Notes: generated by a model from the letters alone, not told the origin. Counted from the stretch's first letter, positions 1 through 10,038 are shown. The stretch is 64,000 nucleotides of DNA from Bacteroidales bacterium (GCA_963664245.1 OY760934.1:2498210-2562209); one strand, 5' to 3'. Translations and numbers: made by a program.

Positions 1-339
1 TTTATCCAGCATGCCAAAATCATATTGCTTGGTGTTTTTTTCGGGGTACATTTCGTTTACCTCCGGGGCAAAAAGTACATCGCAGTTAACGCTTTTTAGC
101 TTTTCGATATCAGCCTTCAGGGTTCGGGGGTATTTTTTTAAATCTTCGGGATTATTAAACTGAATAGGATTTACAAAAATGCTGCAAACACTAATGTTGT
201 TTTCTTTTTTCGAACGGCGCAATAATTCCAGATGGCCTTCGTGCAAAGCCCCCATGGTAGGGACAAAGCCGATGGATTGTTTCTGTTTTAAATTGCGCAA
301 ATAAGATTGCGCTTTGGTAATCGTTTTAAAAATTTTCAT
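1..339 (-). CDS. panC: Pantoate--beta-alanine ligase (5' part; runs off the window start)
   Basis: Not in the ORF track. Manual translation from ATG at 339 gives [37 protein letters not shown]...[20 protein letters not shown], containing the PTMGALHxGH and SIFVNPxQF PanC motifs. Confidence 0.95.
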   Translation of the reverse strand, partial: MKIFKTITKAQSYLRNLKQKQSIGFVPTMGALHEGHLELLRRSKKENNISVCSIFVNPIQFNNPEDLKKYPRTLKADIEKLKSVNCDVLFAPEVNEMYPEKNTKQYDFGMLDK

Positions 340-345
340 CCGGAA

Positions 346-855
346 TTATTTAATGATATTTAAAAAATCCTGTTCAAGGGTAGTTTCCGGGCTTTCAATA
401 ATCCGCCCGATTTCTTTCCCGTTTTTATAAAAAATAAAGGTTGGGACAAATTCGATATTCAGGTTTTCAATGGAATAAGCGTGGGTTTTTTTTGCCCGGT
501 CAACACAATGGATTTCCAGGTTTTTTTCTTTGAATTTAATCTGATCCAAAATTTTGTAAAATCGCGGAACCTGCCTTTTGCTGTCACCGCACCAGGTTCC
601 CAAGATAATTTTGATTTTAATTTTTTTGGAAGCCCTTTTTAATGCTTTTAAGATACTTTCATCAATCTTATACCCGGCATATTGTTCATTAAAATATTCT
701 TCAAATTCTGATCCTTGAAGACCTTTTTTATCACAGCGGTCTATCAGTATATTGTATCCTACTTTTTCTTCAAAGAACGATTTATTAAGCTCCTGGGCAA
801 AATTGTTTGAAGAAAATACCATTACTAAAAAACAAGAAACAAGCAGTGTTTTCAT
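346..855 (-). CDS. Exported thioredoxin-fold protein (WCGDS variant)
   Basis: Signal peptide; GTWCGDS motif; cis-Pro FVPTFIF; GRIIESP C-terminal motif typical of Bacteroidota thioredoxin-family proteins. Confidence 0.85.
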   Translation of the reverse strand: MKTLLVSCFLVMVFSSNNFAQELNKSFFEEKVGYNILIDRCDKKGLQGSEFEEYFNEQYAGYKIDESILKALKRASKKIKIKIILGTWCGDSKRQVPRFYKILDQIKFKEKNLEIHCVDRAKKTHAYSIENLNIEFVPTFIFYKNGKEIGRIIESPETTLEQDFLNIIK

Positions 856-872
856 GGTTCATATTTTTAATG

Positions 873-880
873 CAAAGATA
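873..880 (-). promoter_or_regulatory. Bacteroidota sigma-A -7 box (TATCTTTG)
   Basis: Matches TAnnTTTG, 17 nt upstream of the thioredoxin ATG. Confidence 0.6.
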
Positions 881-1062
881 TAAATTGCTTATGCTTTAAG
901 TTAAATTTAATTTTAATTTTATGTAAGACTGACAATGCCTAGTGGTAAATAAAAATATTGCTCCTGAATTTTGTGAAACTTATGGGAGAATAAAAAAAGA
1001 AATACGACTCAGTTTTTTCAAACAAATACCTGCTTAAAAAGAATCATTCTAAATAAATTTAG

Positions 1063-1070
1063 TATCTTTG
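1063..1070 (+). promoter_or_regulatory. Bacteroidota sigma-A -7 box (TATCTTTG)
   Basis: TAnnTTTG 17 nt upstream of the flavodoxin start. Confidence 0.6.
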
Positions 1071-1087
1071 TTTATTATTTAAACATA

Positions 1088-1597
1088 ATGGCAATGAAAA
1101 AAATAGGTATTTTTTACGGATCATCAACCGGTAATACAGAACTAATTGCAGATAAAATTCAGGTTCGTTTTGGGCTTGAAAATGCTGACGTTCATAATAT
1201 TGATTCGGTTGATGTTAAAGATATAGAACGCTACCAATATTTAATTTTTGGAACCTCTACCTGGGGGATTGGCGATTTACAGGATGATTGGGAAGACTTT
1301 GCGTCTTCTTTGAAAAAGGTAAATTTTAAGGATAAGAAAGTGGCTTTATATGGCTTGGGCGATCAGGAAGTTTATGCCGATAGCTTTGTAAATGGCCTCG
1401 GAAAATTATATAAAAGTCTTCCGAAAGATGTTCAATTGGTTGGTCGTTGGCCACTGGAAGCTTATCGTTTTCGCGAATCGGAAGCGGTACAGGATGGCAC
1501 TTTGGTTGGTCTTGCTTTGGATTACGATAACGAACCCAAATTGGCAGACGAATTGATTGGTTATTGGGTTGAAAAACTGAAAGAAGAATTTGTTTAG
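1088..1597 (+). CDS. Long-chain flavodoxin
   Basis: YGSSTGNTE FMN phosphate loop, GTSTWGIGDLQDDW, LYGLGDQEVYADSF. Confidence 0.95.
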   Translation: MAMKKIGIFYGSSTGNTELIADKIQVRFGLENADVHNIDSVDVKDIERYQYLIFGTSTWGIGDLQDDWEDFASSLKKVNFKDKKVALYGLGDQEVYADSFVNGLGKLYKSLPKDVQLVGRWPLEAYRFRESEAVQDGTLVGLALDYDNEPKLADELIGYWVEKLKEEFV

Positions 1598-1624
1598 CCA
1601 GAGGAAAGGAAGTTAAAATTTTGT

Positions 1625-1657
1625 AGTCAGGCGATGACTTTAAGTCATCGCCTGACT
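1625..1657. terminator. Perfect 16-bp inverted repeat between convergent genes (terminator or REP-like)
   Basis: AGTCAGGCGATGACTT-T-AAGTCATCGCCTGACT. Confidence 0.7.
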
Positions 1658-1661
1658 TGTT

Positions 1662-3473
1662 TTATGCTGTAACTTTTGGTTTCTTTTTCCTGGCTTTTGA
1701 AAGCTTTTCGTGAATAGCATTGGCGGCAATCCGTCCGGCTCCCATGGCTTCAATTACCGTAGCCGATCCGGTAACAATATCCCCCCCTGCATACACAAAT
1801 TCTTTAGTTGTTTCAAGAGTTTCTGGATTGGTTTGGATATAGCCCCATTTATTCAGTTCCATATCAGGGGTCGACTGAAAAATAATCGGGTTGGGGCCGG
1901 TTCCAATGGCAACAATTGCCATGTCGCATTCAATGGTAAAGTTTGAACCTTCAATAGGAACGGGTCTGCGACGGCCGGAATCATCCGGTTCGCCTAGCTC
2001 CATTTTAATACATTCTAATCCTTTCACTGTGTTATGATCGGTTCCCAAGTACTGAACCGGGTTGGTCAACAAGCGGAATTTGATGCCTTCTTCTTCGGCA
2101 TGATGAACCTCTTCGGCGCGTGCCGGAAGCTCGTGGCGCGAGCGACGGTACACAATGGTTACTTCGGTGGCCCCGGTACGGATGGCAGTTCGGGCACAAT
2201 CCATGGCCACGTTACCTCCGCCAATAACAACCACTTTGTTCCCTTTGGGTTTTGGGGTGTCGTATTCCGGGAATTTGTAAGCCTTCATCAAATTCATCCG
2301 GGTTAAATATTCGTTGGATGAAAAAATATTTCCAAGGCTCTCATTCGGAATGTTCATGAATTTTGGGAGCCCGGCGCCAACCCCTACAAAAACGGCATCA
2401 AAATATTCTAAAAGCTCATCCACCGTTAAAACATTCCCGATGACGTGGTTCAACTCAAAGCGAACCCCGATTTCTTTCAAATAATTTATTTCAAACTGAA
2501 CGATGGATTTTGGCAAACGGAACTCCGGAATTCCGTAAGTTAACACTCCTCCTGTTTCGTGAAGGGCTTCGAAAATAGTTACGGCATACCCCAGTTGGCG
2601 CATATCGGCTGCCAGTGTTAATCCGGCAGGGCCGGAACCAACCACTGCAATTTTTTTACCCGTATCTTTTTTTATGATCGGAATTTCCACCAAATCCATT
2701 TTACGTTCGTAGTCGGCTACAAAGCGTTCAAGACGACCAATAGCCACAGGATCGTCTTTATAACCCAACACACATTTTTCTTCGCACTGACTTTCTTGTG
2801 GGCAAACCCGTCCGCAAACGGCAGGGAGCACGTTACGTTCCTTGATTTTTTTGGCAGCTTCGTTAAATTTTTCTTCAGCCACTAACGAAACAAATGTTGG
2901 GATATCAACATTTACCGGGCAGCCTAAAACACATTGCGGATTTTTACATTGCAGGCATCGACCAGCTTCGAGCAACGCAAGCTCGGAGGTGTACCCGTAA
3001 GGAACTTCCTGGTGGTTGTGAACCCTCAGCTTTTGGTCCTGCTCGGGCATGGCCTGGCGCGGGATTTTCAGTTTTACCCGACGTTCATCACGTTTGGTTA
3101 AACCGTGCCAGGTGCAACCATGTTTAGTACACAAATAAAAAGGCAAGAGTTTAGAAGCTGCAAAAATGGTTACTTCACCTACCGGCGATTCACATTCGCC
3201 GCATTTAATATCTTTATTAATCAAGCTTTTATTGCAGTGTGGGCAAATTAAATCTTCCAGTTTATCATTTTCTCCAATCGTTACGGAAGACTCTACATCA
3301 AAAACATCAAGATAAGGACTTAGTTTGAGGTCGATTTCCTGTTGATTGTATTTGGCTTTAAAATTCAGGCTTTTTTCTTCCTTGTTTTCCACATTTAGGG
3401 TGTTGTTGCAATGCGGACAGTAGGTGTTCAAATAAGTTTTAAACTTTAAATATTTTACATCTTGGTCTAACAT
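1662..3473 (-). CDS. nfnB: NfnB/GltD-like NADPH-dependent FeS flavoprotein with an extra N-terminal Cys-rich domain (~135 aa)
   Basis: RCLQCKNPQCVLGCP and CGRVCPQESQCE FeS motifs; GSGPAG and GGGNVAMD dinucleotide motifs; GDIVTGSATVIEAMGAG. Adjacent to an NfnA-like gene. Confidence 0.85.
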   Translation of the reverse strand: MLDQDVKYLKFKTYLNTYCPHCNNTLNVENKEEKSLNFKAKYNQQEIDLKLSPYLDVFDVESSVTIGENDKLEDLICPHCNKSLINKDIKCGECESPVGEVTIFAASKLLPFYLCTKHGCTWHGLTKRDERRVKLKIPRQAMPEQDQKLRVHNHQEVPYGYTSELALLEAGRCLQCKNPQCVLGCPVNVDIPTFVSLVAEEKFNEAAKKIKERNVLPAVCGRVCPQESQCEEKCVLGYKDDPVAIGRLERFVADYERKMDLVEIPIIKKDTGKKIAVVGSGPAGLTLAADMRQLGYAVTIFEALHETGGVLTYGIPEFRLPKSIVQFEINYLKEIGVRFELNHVIGNVLTVDELLEYFDAVFVGVGAGLPKFMNIPNESLGNIFSSNEYLTRMNLMKAYKFPEYDTPKPKGNKVVVIGGGNVAMDCARTAIRTGATEVTIVYRRSRHELPARAEEVHHAEEEGIKFRLLTNPVQYLGTDHNTVKGLECIKMELGEPDDSGRRRPVPIEGSNFTIECDMAIVAIGTGPNPIIFQSTPDMELNKWGYIQTNPETLETTKEFVYAGGDIVTGSATVIEAMGAGRIAANAIHEKLSKARKKKPKVTA

Positions 3474-3481
3474 AGCAAGGA

Positions 3482-4306
3482 TTATTTAATGGAAAACAAT
3501 AAAGAATCTTTTTCATCTTTCAGGTAGAGCGAATTCCGGTTCATTAGCTCATCAAAATCTACCTGGTGCCCGTCAAAATCTGGTCCGTCAACACAGCAAA
3601 ACATGGTTTTGTCGCTTACTTTTACCCGGCATCCGCCGCACATTCCGGTTCCGTCAATCATAATCGGGTTCAAACTAACCATGGTGGGTAATTTATATTT
3701 TTTGGTTAGCTGGCATACGTTTTTCATCATAATAATTGGCCCGATAGCGTAAACCAGTTTAATGTCGTGGCGTTCGTCCATGTATTTTTTGAGTGGCTCG
3801 GTAACGAACCCCATTTCCCCGATACTTCCGTCATCGGAAGTAATAACCAGATCGTCGCAAATGTGCTCCATTTCATTTTGGAGGATAATCATTTCTTTGG
3901 TTTGGGCACCAATAATGCCGATCACATAATTTCCGGCTTCTTTAAAAGCTTTGGCCACGTGATGCAAAATAGCAACACCGGTTCCTCCGCCAACCATGAT
4001 TACGGTTCCTATTTTTTTGATTTCGGCAGCTTTGCCCAAGGGGCCAACAACATCTTTAATCAAATCCCCTTCGTTGAGTGAACGCATCAAAGCCGTTGTT
4101 TTTCCAACCACCTGGAAAATCAACGTGATGGTTCCGGCAAACTCATCTTTGTCGGCAACGGTGAGAGGTACGCGCTCGCCCGTATCATTTACCCGAATAA
4201 TAACAAATTGGCCTGCCTTAACTTTTTTGGCAATTTTAGGGGCATTAATCTCGAAACGGATAATGGTTCCCCTGGCCATTTCTTGTTTTCTTACTATTTG
4301 AAACAT
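3482..4306 (-). CDS. nfnA: NfnA-like (PyrK/sulfide dehydrogenase beta) FAD/NAD-binding [2Fe-2S] subunit
   Basis: AGQFVIIR, ERVPLT, VGPLG, GGGTG, MIDGTGMCGGCRV...CVDGPDFDG. Confidence 0.9.
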   Translation of the reverse strand: MFQIVRKQEMARGTIIRFEINAPKIAKKVKAGQFVIIRVNDTGERVPLTVADKDEFAGTITLIFQVVGKTTALMRSLNEGDLIKDVVGPLGKAAEIKKIGTVIMVGGGTGVAILHHVAKAFKEAGNYVIGIIGAQTKEMIILQNEMEHICDDLVITSDDGSIGEMGFVTEPLKKYMDERHDIKLVYAIGPIIMMKNVCQLTKKYKLPTMVSLNPIMIDGTGMCGGCRVKVSDKTMFCCVDGPDFDGHQVDFDELMNRNSLYLKDEKDSLLFSIK

Positions 4307-4350
4307 GGCTTTACGTTTAAATAATTAATAAAATTGAGTGATGTTGTATA

Positions 4351-5211
4351 CTACCATTCCAAACTGTCTTCCAATCTGATGTCGAATAAATCCTGTTCAC
4401 TGAGTCCGTGCCACTTACATCCTTTTTTTGTACAGATGTAGAAATCCAGCAATTTGGTTCGGGCACCTACATTAATTTTGGCAGTATCTGAACCGCATTT
4501 TTCACATTTTTTTTCTCCTTCAATTAAGCTTTTGTTGCAATGGAAACAAAGCAGGTCGCTAACAGTTTTTTCTTCTGGTAAAAAGATGGTTGATTTGGAT
4601 GTAAATACATTTAAATAAGGGCTAAGCAATAAATAGCCGCCTTCCCCATTTTTGATTTTAAGTTTTAGTTGTTCCCCTTCAATCAGGCTTTTATGGCAGT
4701 GCGGGCAGTACGATTGTAAAAATGAACCGCTTTCAATGATTTCCTGGTTATGATCCACGGGTTTTTCTATGGGTTCGGCAGGTTCTTTTCGTTTAGCACG
4801 ATGGTTCCCGGCTAAACCATAATCCTGGTAAAGTTTATTCAGGGCAACGGATAAATCTTCAAATTCGGCTTTGTGGTTTTTACAACCGCTGCGAGAACAA
4901 AAAGAAATTTTGCCGCCCATATCCATGTGAACATAGCTCATGGGAGCATCACAACTTAAACAGGAGGTTTGGTCTTTAAGTAATGCACTACAATGCGGGC
5001 AAGAAAATGAAGCAATTTCTCCCAGGGGTAATTCTAAATTGCTCACGTAATTGTAGCTTCCATAAATCGAACTTAAATTGATCGTTCCCTTTGTTCCTGC
5101 AATTTCAACATTAAGTTTGATACTTGGTTCGTTGTCTACTAGTTTTTGTTTATCCATCAGCGATTTGCTGCAAACCGGACATTTTACTTTTAAGGCTAAG
5201 AAGTCGTACAT
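4351..5211 (-). CDS. Uncharacterised protein made of two tandem Cys-rich (putative metal-binding) domains
   Basis: Two repeats of CxxC...CxxC...CxxC...Cx4CxxH. The second repeat is clearly homologous to the N-terminus of the NfnB-like protein. Confidence 0.8.
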   Translation of the reverse strand: MYDFLALKVKCPVCSKSLMDKQKLVDNEPSIKLNVEIAGTKGTINLSSIYGSYNYVSNLELPLGEIASFSCPHCSALLKDQTSCLSCDAPMSYVHMDMGGKISFCSRSGCKNHKAEFEDLSVALNKLYQDYGLAGNHRAKRKEPAEPIEKPVDHNQEIIESGSFLQSYCPHCHKSLIEGEQLKLKIKNGEGGYLLLSPYLNVFTSKSTIFLPEEKTVSDLLCFHCNKSLIEGEKKCEKCGSDTAKINVGARTKLLDFYICTKKGCKWHGLSEQDLFDIRLEDSLEW

Positions 5212-5499
5212 AGGTGTAGTGTTTATTAAATAACAATAAATCTTTAAAAATCAGGCTTTTCCTATACAATATATAAGGAATTTTTTTGTAAATTACAAGT
5301 AGTGAGGCTGTTAATCGTTTTTAACTAAGGTGCTTCTTTTAGCCGGATTAAATTTATTAATCAAAGAATGAATTGGTTAGGCTAATTGGCTCTTCTAATT
5401 TATAGTTGTTATAAATAAAAGTCAAGGCCTTGTATTGGGGCGAAATTTAAAAAAATAAAGGTTTCGGTTTGTGAATCAATTCACAAGCGTTATCTGAGA

Positions 5500-8400
5500 T
5501 CAGTTTTTGCTTTTAAAAGAAATCACCGAAATACGTTTTTTTCCATCCATTTTTACTTCTATTGTTTTTTTGAACCGGATGTGTTTAAAGTATTTGGTGG
5601 TTTCGACCACTTCTTGCTGATTGAGCAAATCCCAATTAATATAACTTCCTGAGCGTTCTTGCTGGATGGAAAAATACCCGACGTTCATTGAAGTTACGTT
5701 GTGGAAAAAATGAGAACCCGAAGAAGCATCTAACGGGAAATCTTCCAAACTGGTTTCAACAATAACCTTGGCATTTGAAATTTGTGGCCAACGAACAGGA
5801 ATGCCGATCCAGCGATCGCGTGTACCCCAACGTCCGGGGCCAATTAAAATATACGGCCGTTTTTCTTCGCACATTTTTTTGTTGAGCCGGTCAATTTCAT
5901 CGGCCATTTCCATGGTGTAATTTTTATCAAAGATTTCAGGATCAATAAAAATTAAATCTTCAATATTTTTGATTTTACCGTTTCCCATTCCTTTTTCGGC
6001 ATAAAGCAAGATGTCTTCCTTTTTGATTTTTTTCATGTTTATGGAATAATCATGCACATTCCCGATCATGGGCTTAATTTGAAGCAGGTAAAAAGTTGCT
6101 TTATTATCCTTATCCTTGTTTAAATCAACGGCAAATTCAATCTCTACGGGCGAACCCATGGCTTCCTTCACCACATCCAATACCGTGTCAATGGTTTTAG
6201 CCAGGGGGATATAGTTGTATTTTAAGATGTTTGAGAAATTAACGATACGAGGGCCGTTCCGGTTTATTCCCGGGTAAATCATATTGTTGTTCGGGTCAAA
6301 TACCGAAGCCAGATGCTTGAGATTCCCGTGCATCTCGGCTTCGTCAATATCCAAATAAGCCAAGCCGGCCGTATCGCCTTCCAGCAGATCCAGGTCTTTT
6401 TTCTTTAAATCGATAGCAAAAAATTTGGTTTGCGAATTCTTAAACTGATCCTTCGGCGTATTAATTTCGGTACTTGGATAACGCGGCGAAAAACGATAGG
6501 CTTTTTCACCTTCAACCACATATTTCCCCAGCCCGACGGCTGCTACCGCAAAGCCTTCTTCCGGTTTCATGTGGGAAAACGGGTAAAAATTATACGATTG
6601 AGCCACCCCTGAAATATGGGGGTAAAAATAGTTGTCAAAAGTATTTCCAACGGCTTCTTGGAGGATGACCGCCATTTTTTCTTCTTCCAGTTTATAGTTA
6701 ACTGCTTCAATATATCCCCGTGCAACGGGCGAATAAACCGAAGCAAAAACCAATTTAATAGCATTCATGGCCTGCTCTAAGCGAACGCTTAAATCGGGAT
6801 GGTTGTTCGGGAGCAAATACGTTTCAAAAATTCCGGCAAAAGGTTGTATCAGCGAATCTTCAAACAAACCGGATGAGCGGATAGCAATGGGTTTGGTAAT
6901 TTTTTTCAGGATAATTTTCAGGCGTTTGTAAAGTGTATCCGTTAATTGTCCCTGTAAAAATCTTCGTTTAATGATGTCGTAATTTTTCTCATAAGCAACC
7001 ACTTCCCATAACTGGTTGCGTTCCATAAAATACTCAAATTCTTCGGTTCCGATGACCGACGTTTTAGGAGCTTTGATGTTAATATCCGGGATGTGTTTTT
7101 CAAAATTGTAGTTGTAGATCAGGGTGTTGATGAATGCCAGACCACGCCCCTTTCCTCCCAGAGAACCTTCCGAAAGGCTTACAATATTGGTGTCGTCCAG
7201 GATGGCACTTTCATCAAAGGGAATGATTTTTCCTTTGTTTTGTTCGTTCCTGAATTTTTGGATTACGTTAATTAGTGTTTCCCGGATTTTTTCGGGGCTT
7301 TCAAATTCCGATACTTTCCGGGGATTCAGGATTTTTGCAGCCTGGATTTCACCACGGGCCATCAGCCATAACGAAAAATGATCCCGCTTGGCGTGGTAAA
7401 TCAAGGATTCATCCGGGATGGTTCGCAGTTGATTTTCAAATTCTTTTAACGAACGGGCAATGCCAATCTGGCTTCCCATTTTATCGCGGTAAATAAAGTT
7501 TCCAAACCCCAGATGATAAGTAATAAAGCTTTGGAAATCCTGAAGCAGCGAGTCGGAGTTTTTATAGATAAAGGTAGATTTTAACTCGTGGGCTTTTTTG
7601 GCATTTTCCAAATCGGACGACTGTATGATGACCGGCAGGTTTTTAACTTTGCTGCGAACATATTGGGTGAGTTCAAAACCGGCATCTTTATTTTCCTGAT
7701 TTTCGCGATCGAAAGTTACATCGGTAATCAGGCAAAGCAGGTAATCTTCGTATTTGTTGATAATGCTTTGGGCTCCTTCAAAAGTTGAAGCTAAAACAAT
7801 TTTTGGCCGGGCACGCATCCGGAGTACTTTGTAGAGTTCATCGGTACTAACATCCTCAATAATTCGCTTGGTTTGCTCCATCACAATTTGATAGAGAATT
7901 GGCAGGTACCTTGAGTAATATTTGGGCGAGTCTTCTACCAAAATAATAACCCGAACCATTCCCATTTGGGTGTCATTTTCCACATTAATCATGTCTTCCA
8001 CCAGTTTAATCATGGAGAAAAAAATGCGGGAATCACCATTCCAAATAAAGGTTCGGTCGATATATGTTGAGTATTTTGTTTTTTTCTCAAAGAAAGCAAT
8101 ATCGCTATTGTTGTTCAGCAAAAGAAAAACCGGAATGTAGGGGTAATTTTTTTTGATTTTTTCGCTTAGTGCCAGGGTTTGGTGTTTGTCGGCTCCAACC
8201 ATTAAAATAATGAGGTCAAAATGTTTGGAATCCAACTGTTCGAACACTTCTTCGGAGGAGGAAACCCCGGTAATCCGCGGCAATGAAGTCAGGTTCAACT
8301 GATGATATTCGCCCAAAACATGCTCCGAAAATTTACCTTCTTTTTCAATGCTGTAGGCATCGTACAAATTTGCCACCAGTAAAATTTCTTTTACTTTAAA

Positions 8401-8988
8401 GGGCATTAAATCGTGGTAAATATCGCGGTTTACATTGCTTTTGTTTAAGAATTTTTGGAGCAGTTTTTTACTGGCAATGGTTGATGTTAACGTTTCTTCT
8501 TTCTGTTCAATGCTTTCTTCTTCTTTCTCAAAAGTGCCAAGAATTTTTTTCCCTTTTTCGCTGTTGATGTAACCGCTAATCAGGTTGGCAATATTGGTAA
8601 TTAAATGTCTTTCTTCTTCAAGGAAAGGACCTTCATCCAGTTCAGGAAAAATTTTGAGATAATAAACTTCAATGATTCCTTTTTGATTATCGATGGTTTC
8701 GAAATCCTGTTTTTGAACCCATTCTGTTTTTTTAAAATTGGTAGAACGGAATTCCTGGCCGGCATAAATAATACGGGCCGCTGTAAAATTCGGGTACTGG
8801 TATGCCGGAGGAAGCAATAACGCAATTTGCTGCAAGCTTTCATCAATGGGTTTGTTTCCTTTTAAAATATTGGTGGTTTTATTGATGGCAGCCAATTCTT
8901 TTAGGCGTTCAATATTTTCGGCTTGTAAACGGTTGTAATTGCTTTCGTGTTCTTTTTTCCCTTTCATAATGCTTGCTTGTATACTCAC
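5500..8988 (-). CDS. PEP synthase/PPDK nucleotide-binding-domain protein with N-terminal GAF-like and receiver-like domains
   Basis: LGGKGRGLAF, IAIRSSGLFEDS, FAGIFETY, GLGKYVVEG, VEIEFAV, LLQIKP (PPDK_N/ATP-grasp). Receiver-like segments IILVEDS...LITDVTF. N-terminal ERLKEL...PPAYQYP...GPFLEEER sensor-like segment. Confidence 0.8.
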   Translation of the reverse strand: MSIQASIMKGKKEHESNYNRLQAENIERLKELAAINKTTNILKGNKPIDESLQQIALLLPPAYQYPNFTAARIIYAGQEFRSTNFKKTEWVQKQDFETIDNQKGIIEVYYLKIFPELDEGPFLEEERHLITNIANLISGYINSEKGKKILGTFEKEEESIEQKEETLTSTIASKKLLQKFLNKSNVNRDIYHDLMPFKVKEILLVANLYDAYSIEKEGKFSEHVLGEYHQLNLTSLPRITGVSSSEEVFEQLDSKHFDLIILMVGADKHQTLALSEKIKKNYPYIPVFLLLNNNSDIAFFEKKTKYSTYIDRTFIWNGDSRIFFSMIKLVEDMINVENDTQMGMVRVIILVEDSPKYYSRYLPILYQIVMEQTKRIIEDVSTDELYKVLRMRARPKIVLASTFEGAQSIINKYEDYLLCLITDVTFDRENQENKDAGFELTQYVRSKVKNLPVIIQSSDLENAKKAHELKSTFIYKNSDSLLQDFQSFITYHLGFGNFIYRDKMGSQIGIARSLKEFENQLRTIPDESLIYHAKRDHFSLWLMARGEIQAAKILNPRKVSEFESPEKIRETLINVIQKFRNEQNKGKIIPFDESAILDDTNIVSLSEGSLGGKGRGLAFINTLIYNYNFEKHIPDINIKAPKTSVIGTEEFEYFMERNQLWEVVAYEKNYDIIKRRFLQGQLTDTLYKRLKIILKKITKPIAIRSSGLFEDSLIQPFAGIFETYLLPNNHPDLSVRLEQAMNAIKLVFASVYSPVARGYIEAVNYKLEEEKMAVILQEAVGNTFDNYFYPHISGVAQSYNFYPFSHMKPEEGFAVAAVGLGKYVVEGEKAYRFSPRYPSTEINTPKDQFKNSQTKFFAIDLKKKDLDLLEGDTAGLAYLDIDEAEMHGNLKHLASVFDPNNNMIYPGINRNGPRIVNFSNILKYNYIPLAKTIDTVLDVVKEAMGSPVEIEFAVDLNKDKDNKATFYLLQIKPMIGNVHDYSINMKKIKKEDILLYAEKGMGNGKIKNIEDLIFIDPEIFDKNYTMEMADEIDRLNKKMCEEKRPYILIGPGRWGTRDRWIGIPVRWPQISNAKVIVETSLEDFPLDASSGSHFFHNVTSMNVGYFSIQQERSGSYINWDLLNQQEVVETTKYFKHIRFKKTIEVKMDGKKRISVISFKSKN

Positions 8989-9094
8989 AAATTTAAGCGA
9001 AAAAGAATTTAAAACATATTTGTAAAGCTTTAATTAGGCATTTTTTGGGAAGATTCTTATTTTCGCAACTCGGCTTTAAAAAGCAGCCTGAATT

Positions 9095-9754
9095 ATGTCA
9101 AATATTAAAACCTTTATCGTTGATGATCACCAAATTGTTTGCGATGGAATTCGTGCACTTTTAGAAGATGTGGACGACATAGAAGTGATGGGCTGTGCCA
9201 GTAATCTTGCCGGTTTGATTGAAAAAATCAGGGGGCAGTATATTCATATGGTTCTGGTAAATATTTATAACCCAACCGATGATGAAATCGAAAAACTCAG
9301 AAGTATCAAAAAAGAATTCCCGAACATGAACCTTTTGGTGCTTTCGATGAATGAAGACAAAGATTTTATTTTGAAAACACTTAAAGCCGGGGCAAGGGGT
9401 TATTTAACCAAAGACACTTCGCGGAGCGAATTAATCGAGGCCATCTATACTATCCGCGGGGGCTATGATTATTATGCCAAGCAAATCACCAATATTATTT
9501 TAAATAATTACCTGCGTGATACCGATCCAGAAAACCTGATTAAAGATCAGCAGGATAAAAGTTTATCAAGCCGCGAAATTGACGTATTGAAACTTTTCGG
9601 CCAAAGTTACACCAACCGGGAAATCGCCGACGCGTTGTTTATTAGTGTTCGAACCGTAGAATCGCACAAAACCAACATCATGAAAAAGCTCAACCTAAAA
9701 ACCACGGTTGACCTAGTGAAATTCGCCATTAAGAATGACATTATCGAAATTTAA
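9095..9754 (+). CDS. NarL/LuxR-family response regulator (atypical receiver)
   Basis: IVDDH, GARGYLTK, and LSSREIDVL...EIADALFISVRTVESHKTNIMKKL LuxR HTH. Confidence 0.92.
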   Translation: MSNIKTFIVDDHQIVCDGIRALLEDVDDIEVMGCASNLAGLIEKIRGQYIHMVLVNIYNPTDDEIEKLRSIKKEFPNMNLLVLSMNEDKDFILKTLKAGARGYLTKDTSRSELIEAIYTIRGGYDYYAKQITNIILNNYLRDTDPENLIKDQQDKSLSSREIDVLKLFGQSYTNREIADALFISVRTVESHKTNIMKKLNLKTTVDLVKFAIKNDIIEI

Positions 9755-10038
9755 TGTGATGATTTGTTGATGTGCTAATAATCCGTATTTAACGAATTTA
9801 TTCTTTTCAGCCAATTTTGTAACCAGCATATCAGCACATCAATTCATAAGCAAATTGTCTTTTACGTGTTTCGCGAAATACCATCTAAATTGGATGATAA
9901 TTGATGACTCCAAGTTTTACTTTTGTTGTTTAATCCCCGTGTATTTAATTTAAAGTCAGTCAGCTAACCGTATTAAGCACCTCCGTTATCCGTTGCTAAA
10001 TACCAGTATTTAGCAACATTAATTAATTTTGCATAGTT

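Noticed and set aside
1662-3473. Annotation as glutamate synthase small subunit (gltD)
   Set aside because: There is no gltB large subunit nearby, and pairing with the NfnA-like gene indicates an Nfn/Sud-type enzyme.
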